Below, in pieces: positions 56,701 through 64,000 of a stretch of DNA of 64,000 nucleotides. The stretch spans positions 992,001 to 1,056,000 of the forward strand of contig OZ059894.1 in the NCBI GenBank assembly GCA_964057225.1. Reading direction: 5' to 3'. The DNA comes from Auanema rhodensis (taxonomy: Eukaryota > Animalia > Nematoda). The notes under the pieces are model-generated. The model searched no databases and was not told the DNA's origin. It saw only the letters and a program-made list of their open reading frames with translations. The translations under genes were made by a program, and so were the position numbers. The first letter of the stretch is position 1. Every line of letters begins with the position of its first letter.

Positions 56701-59700
56701 AAAATGATGCATTAGTGTATGTTGAGTTTCCATGTACACTCAACATTGCTTCCAAAAACATTTTGACAAAAATTTTTTCGAAAAATTTCAAAATAATTTA
56801 GCAAAAAGTAGATGTTTTTAGATTCCTTTTTTCAAGGCAAAGACGATGGACAATGTTATTCAACGAAAAAATTAATTCTTCAGGGTGAAAATCGAGGATA
56901 TAAGTGTGAACTTATATCAGTTGATATCTCGGTGCATTTTTAAGCTAGCGCAAATCTGATAACACAGATCGACGCAGCTTAAAAATCCGCATCGAATGCA
57001 CTATACTACATTGAGAAACGCTTAATACAAAAATTAGTTATGATCGTTTGAAAAATGATGCATTAGTGTATGTTGAGTTTCCATGTACACTCAACATTGC
57101 TTCCAAAAACATTTTGACAAAAATTTTTTCGAAAAATTTCAAAATAATTTAGCAAAAAGTAGATGTTTTTAGATTCCTTTTTTCAAGGCAAAGACGATGG
57201 ACAATGTTTTTCAACGAAAAAATTAATTCTTCAGGGTGAAAATCGAGGATATAAGTGTGAACTTATATCAGTTGATATCTCGGTGCATTTTTAAGCTAGC
57301 GCAAATCTGATAACACAGATCGACGCAGCTTAAAAATCCGCATCGAATGCACTATACTACATTGAGAAACGCTTTATACAAAAATTAGTTATGATCGTTT
57401 GAAAAATGATGCATTAGTGTATGTTGAGTTTCCATGTACACTCAACATTGCTTCCAAAAACATTTTGACAAAAATTTTTTCGAAAAATTTCAAAATAATT
57501 TAGCAAAAAGTAGATGTTTTTAGATTCCTTTTTTCAAGGCAAAGACGATGGACAATGTTTTTCAACGAAAAAATTAATTCTTCAGGGTGAAAATCGAGGA
57601 TATAAGTGTGAACTTATATCAGTTGATATCTCGGTGCATTTTTAAGCTAGCGCAAATCTGATAACACAGATCGACGCAGCTTAAAAATCCGCATCGAATG
57701 CACTATACTACATTGAGAAACGCTTTATACAAAAATTAGTTATGATCGTTTGAAAAATGATGCATTAGTGTATGTTGAGTTTCCATGTACACTCAACATT
57801 GCTTCCAAAAACATTTTGACAAAAATTTTTTCGAAAAATTTCAAAATAATTTAGCAAAAAGTAGATGTTTTTAGATTCCTTTTTTCAAGGCAAAGACGAT
57901 GGACAATGTTTTTCAACGAAAAAATTAATTCTTCAGGGTGAAAATCGAGGATATAAGTGTGAACTTATATCAGTTGATATCTCGGTGCATTTTTAAGCTA
58001 GCGCAAATCTGATAACACAGATCGACGCAGCTTAAAAATCCGCATCGAATGCACTATACTACATTGAGAAACGCTTAATACAAAAATTAGTTATGATCGT
58101 TTGAAAAATGATGCATTAGTGTATGTTGAGTTTCCATGTACACTCAACATTGCTTCCAAAAACATTTTGACGAAAATTTTTTCAAAAAATTTCAAAATAA
58201 TTTAGCAAAAAGTAGATGTTTTTAGATTCCTTTTTTCAAGGCAAACACGATGGACATTGTTTTTCAACGAAAAAATTAATTCTTCAGGGTGAAAATCGAG
58301 GATATAAGTGTGAACTTATATCAGTTGATATCTCGGTGCATTTTTAAGCTAGCGCAAATCTGATAACACAGATCGACGCAGCTTAAAAATCCGCATCGAA
58401 TGCACTATACCACATTGAGAAACGCTTTATACAAAAATTAGTTATGATCGTTTGAAAAATGATGCATTAGTGTATGTTGAGTTTCCATGTACACTCAACA
58501 TTGCTTCCAAAAACATTTTGACAAAAATTTTTTCGAAAAATTTCAAAATAATTTAGCAAAAAGTAGATGTTTTTAGATTCCTTTTTTCAAGGCAAACACG
58601 ATGAACAATGTTTTTCAACGAAAAAATTAATTCTTCAGGGTGAAAATCGAGGATATAAGTGTGAACTTATATCAGTTGATGTCTCGGTGCATTTTTAAGC
58701 TAGCGCAAATCTGATAACACAGATCGACGCAGCTTAAAAATCCGCATCGAATGCACTATACTACATTGAGAAACGCTTAATACAAAAATTAGTTATGATC
58801 GTTTGAAAAATGATGCATTAGTGTATGTTGAGTTTCCATGTACACTCAACATTGCTTCCAAAAACATTTTGACAAAAATTTTTTCAAAAAATTTCAAAAT
58901 AATTTAGCAAAAAGTAGATGTTTTTAGATTCCTTTTTTCAAGGCAAAGACGATGGACAATGTTATTCAACGAAAAAATTAATTCTTCAGGGTGAAAATCG
59001 AGGATATAAGTGTGAACTTATATCAGTTGATATCTCGGTGCATTTTTAAGCTAGCGCAAATCTGATAACACAGATCGACGCAGCTTAAAAATCCGCATCG
59101 AATGCACTATACTACTTCGAGAAACGCTTAATACAAAAATTAGTTATGATCGTTTGAAAAATGATGCATTAGTGTATGTTGAGTTTCCATGTACACTCAA
59201 CATTGCTTCCAAAAACATTTTGACAAAAATTTTTTCAAAAAATTTCAAAATAATTTAGCAAAAAGTAGATGTTTTTAAATTCCTTTTTTCAAGGCAAAGA
59301 CGATGGACAATGTTATTCAACGAAAAAATTAATTCTTCAGGGTGAAAATCGAGGATATAAGTGTGAACTTATATCAGTTGATATCTCGGTGCATTTTTAA
59401 GCTAGCGCAAATCTGATAACACAGATCGACGCAGCTTAAAAATCCGCATCGAATGCACTATACTACATTGAGAAACGCTTTATACAAAAATTAGTTATGA
59501 TCGTTTGAAAAATGATGCATTAGTGTATGTTGAGTTTCCATGTACACTCAACATTGCTTCCAAAAACATTTTGACAAAAATTTTTTCGAAACATTTCAAA
59601 ATAATTTAGCAAAAAGTAGATGTTTTTAGATTCCTTTTTTCAAGGCAAAGACGATGGACAATGTTTTTCAACGAAAAAATTAATTCTTCAGGGTGAAAAT

Positions 59701-60860
59701 CGAGGATATAAGTGTGAACTTATATCAGTTGATATCTCGGTGCATTTTTAAGCTAGCGCAAATCTGATAACACAGATCGACGCAGCTTAAAAATCCGCAT
59801 CGAATGCACTATACTACATTGAGAAACGCTTTATACAAAAATTAGTTATGATCGTTTGAAAAATGATGCATTAGTGTATGTTGAGTTTCCATGTACACTC
59901 AACATTGCTTCCAAAAACATTTTGACAAAAATTTTTTCGAAAAATTTCAAAATAATTTAGCAAAAAGTAGATGTTTTTAGATTCCTTTTTTTAAGGCAAA
60001 GACGATGGACAATGTTATTCATCGAAAAAATTAATTCTTCAGGGTGAAAATCGAGGATATAAGTGTGAACTTATATCAGTTGATATCTCGGTGCATTTTC
60101 AAGCTAGCGCAAATCTGATACCACAGATCGACGCAGCTTAAAAATCCGCATCGAATGCACTATACTACATTGAGAAACGCTTAATACAAAAATTAGTTAT
60201 GATCGTTTGAAAAATGATGCATTAGTGTATGTTGAGTTTCCATGTACACTCAACATTGCTTCCAAAAACATTTTGACAAAAATTTTTTCGAAAAATTTCA
60301 AAATAATTTAGCAAAAAGTAGATGTTTTTAGATTCCTTTTTTCAAGGCAAAGACGATGGACAATGTTATTCAACGAAAAAATTAATTCTTCAGGGTGAAA
60401 ATCGAGGATATAAGTGTGAACTTATATCAGTTGATATCTCGGTGCATTTTTAAGCTAGCGCAAATCTGATAACACAGATCGACGCAGCTTAAAAATCCGC
60501 ATCGAATGCACTATACTACATTGAGAAACGCTTAATACAAAAATTAGTTATGATCGTTTGAAAAATGATGCATTAGTGTATGTTGAGTTTCCATGTACAC
60601 TCAACATTGCTTCCAAAAACATTTTGACAAAAATTTTTTCGAAAAATTTCAAAATAATTTAGCAAAAAGTAGATGTTTTTAGATTCCTTTTTTCAAGGCA
60701 AAGACGATGGACAATGTTTTTCAACGAAAAAATTAATTCTTCAGGGTGAAAATCGAGGATATAAGTGTGAACTTATATCAGTTGATATCTCGGTGCATTT
60801 TTAAGCTAGCGCAAATCTGATAACACAGATCGACGCAGCTTAAAAATCCGCATCGAATGC
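53710..60860. repeat. Higher-order repeat: 10-mer (3510 bp), two copies
   Basis: gacgaaa 54662/58172, ctacttcga 55608/59118, cgaaacat 56082/59592, tttttttaagg 56482/59992, ttttcaagct 56590/60100. Confidence 0.93.
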
Positions 60861-63800
60861 ACTATACCACATTGAGAAACGCTTTATACAAAAATTAGTT
60901 ATGATCGTTTGAAAAATGATGCATTAGTGTATGTTGAGTTTCCATGTACACTCAACATTGCTTCCAAAAACATTTTGACAAAAATTTTTTCGAAAAATTT
61001 CAAAATAATTTAGCAAAAAGTAGATGTTTTTAGATTCCTTTTTTCAAGGCAAACACGATGAACAATGTTTTTCAACGAAAAAATTAATTCTTCAGGGTGA
61101 AAATCGAGGATATAAGTGTGAACTTATATCAGTTGATGTCTCGGTGCATTTTTAAGCTAGCGCAAATCTGATAACACAGATCGACGCAGCTTAAAAATCC
61201 GCATCGAATGCACTATACTACATTGAGAAACGCTTTATACAAAAATTAGTTATGATCGTTTGAAAAATGATGCATTAGTGTATGTTGAGTTTCCATGTAC
61301 ACTCAACATTGCTTCCAAAAACATTTTGACAAAAATTTTTTCGAAAAATTTCAAAATAATTTAGCAAAAAGTAGATGTTTTTAGATTCCTTTTTTTAAGG
61401 CAAAGACGATGGACAATGTTATTCATCGAAAAAATTAATTCTTCAGGGTGAAAATCGAGGATATAAGTGTGAACTTATATCAGTTGATATCTCGGTGCAT
61501 TTTCAAGCTAGCGCAAATCTGATACCACAGATCGACGCAGCTTAAAAATCCGCATCGAATGCACTATACTACATTGAGAAACGCTTAATACAAAAATTAG
61601 TTATGATCGTTTGAAAAATGATGCATTAGTGTATGTTGAGTTTCCATGTACACTCAACATTGCTTCCAAAAACATTTTGACAAAAATTTTTTCGAAAAAT
61701 TTCAAAATAATTTAGCAAAAAGTAGATGTTTTTAAATTCCTTTTTTCAAGGCAAAGACGATGGACAATGTTATTCAACGAAAAAATTAATTCTTCAGGGT
61801 GAAAATCGAGGATATAAGTGTGAACTTATATCAGTAGATATCTCGGTGCATTTTTAAGCTAGCGCAAATCTGATAACACAGATCGACGCAGCTTAAAAAT
61901 CCGCATCGAATGCACTATACTACATTGAGAAACGCTCAATACAAAAATTAGTTATGATCGTTTGAAAAATGATGCATTAGTGTATGTTGAGTTTCCATGT
62001 ACACTCAACATTGCTTCCAAAAACATTTTGACAAAAATTTTTTCGAAAAATTTCAAAATAATTTAGCAAAAAGTAGATGTTTTTAGATTCCTTTTTTCAA
62101 GGCAAAGACGATGGACAATGTTTTTCAACGAAAAAATTAATTCTTCAGGGTGAAAATCGAGGATATAAGTGTGAACTTATATCAGTTGATATCTCGGTGC
62201 ATTTTTAAGCTAGCGCAAATCTGATAACACAGATCGACGCAGCTTAAAAATCCGCATCGAATGCACTATACTACATTGAGAAACGCTTTATACAAAAATT
62301 AGTTATGATCGTTTGAAAAATGATGCATTAGTGTATGTTGAGTTTCCATGTACACTCAACATTGCTTCCAAAAACATTTTGACAAAAATTTTTTCGAAAA
62401 ATTTCAAAATAATTTAGCAAAAAGTAGATGTTTTTAGATTCCTTTTTTCAAGGCAAAGACGATGGACAATGTTTTTCAACGAAAAAATTAATTCTTCAGG
62501 GTGAAAATCGAGGATATAAGTGTGAACTTATATCAGTTGATATCTCGGTGCATTTTTAAGCTAGCGCAAATCTGATAACACAGATCGACGCAGCTTAAAA
62601 ATCCGCATCGAATGCACTATACTACATTGAGAAACGCTTTATACAAAAATTAGTTATGATCGTTTGAAAAATGATGCATTAGTGTATGTTGAGTTTCCAT
62701 GTACACTCAACATTGCTTCCAAAAACATTTTGACAAAAATTTTTTCGAAAAATTTCAAAATAATTTAGCAAAAAGTAGATGTTTTTAGATTCCTTTTTTC
62801 AAGGCAAAGACGATGGACAATGTTATTCATCGAAAAAATCAATTCTTCAGGGTGAAAATCGAGGATATAAGTGTGAACTTATATCAGTTGATATCTCGGT
62901 GCATTTTTAAGCTAGCGCAAATCTGATACCACAGATCGACGCAGCTTAAAAATCCGCATCGAATGCACTATACTACATTGAGAAACGCTTAATACAAAAA
63001 TTAGTTATGATCGTTTGAAAAATGATGCATTAGTGTATGTTGAGTTTCCATGTACACTCAACATTGCTTCCAAAAACATTTTGACGAAAATTTTTTCAAA
63101 AAATTTCAAAATAATTTAGCAAAAAGTAGATGTTTTTAGATTCCTTTTTTCAAGGCAAACACGATGGACATTGTTTTTCAACGAAAAAATTAATTCTTCA
63201 GGGTGAAAATCGAGGATATAAGTGTGAACTTATATCAGTTGATATCTCGGTGCATTTTTAAGCTAGCGCAAATCTGATAACACAGATCGACGCAGCTTAA
63301 AAATCCGCATCGAATGCACTATACTACTTTGAGAAACGCTTAATACAAAAATTAGTTATGATCGTTTGAAAAATGATGCATTAGTGTATGTTGAGTTTCC
63401 ATGTACACTCAACATTGCTTCCAAAAACATTTTGACAAAAATTTTTTCAAAAAATTTCAAAATAATTTAGCAAAAAGTAGATGTTTTTAAATTCCTTTTT
63501 TCAAGGCAAAGACGATGGACAATGTTATTCAACGAAAAAATTAATTCTTCAGGGTGAAAATCGAGGATATAAGTGTGAACTTATATCAGTTGATATCTCG
63601 GTGCATTTTTAAGCTAGCGCAAATCTGATAACACAGATCGACGCAGCTTAAAAATCCGCATCGAATGCACTATACCACATTGAGAAACGCTTTATACAAA
63701 AATTAGTTATGATCGTTTGAAAAATGATGCATTAGTGTATGTTGAGTTTCCATGTACACTCAACATTGCTTCCAAAAACATTTTGACAAAAATTTTTTCG

Positions 63801-64000
63801 AAAAATTTCAAAATAATTTAGCAAAAAGTAGATGTTTTTAGATTCCTTTTTTCAAGGCAAACACGATGAACAATGTTTTTCAACGAAAAAATTAATTCTT
63901 CAGGGTGAAAATCGAGGATATAAGTGTGAACTTATATCAGTTGATGTCTCGGTGCATTTTTAAGCTAGCGCAAATCTGATAACACAGATCGACGCAGCTT

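Larger units (their letters stand above)
1..64000. repeat. 351-bp satellite DNA tandem array (~182 monomers, all in the same orientation, running off both window ends)
   Basis: The motif acgaaaaaattaattcttcagggtgaaaatcg recurs at 351, 702, ..., 21060 (60x351), 28082, 63181 (180x351+1). The ORF track spacing is also 351 (28267/28618/28969). No non-monomer sequence seen. Confidence 0.99.

Noticed and set aside
1-64000. Giant coding repeat (351 = 117 codons)
   Set aside because: The ORF track shows no frame open across a monomer on either strand, and 1-bp indels are tolerated.
1-64000. CRISPR-like array of hairpin repeats
   Set aside because: No unique spacers (the entire unit repeats) and no cas or other genes.
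1-64000. Embedded transposon, inversion or unique-sequence island
   Set aside because: The 351-bp phase is tracked from end to end and fully explained by nine 1-bp indels.

Overview
The whole 64 kb window is one uninterrupted, head-to-tail, single-orientation array of a 351-bp AT-rich satellite monomer (~182 copies, ~31% GC by hand count of one monomer). Copies differ by only a handful of substitutions. I found no genes, RNA genes, CRISPR arrays, transposon insertions or inversions. The five 63-aa ORFs result from one TAG->CAG variant in five monomers. The monomer is built largely of inverted repeats (two 9-bp-stem hairpins, a ~67-bp interrupted hairpin, an imperfect A/T-tract palindrome) and may descend from an older ~162+189-bp dimer. 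Shared variants reveal nested, locally varying higher-order repeats (3-, 4-, 5-, 9-, 10-, 13/14- and 17/18-mers) and regional turnover of variants. CpG is not depleted, which suggests a eukaryote (plausibly an invertebrate) that does not methylate this array. Centromeric or pericentromeric origin is a reasonable inference but cannot be shown from sequence alone. I cannot assign the satellite to a named family, and I see no evidence of a novel coding system. All coordinates and counts were made by eye.
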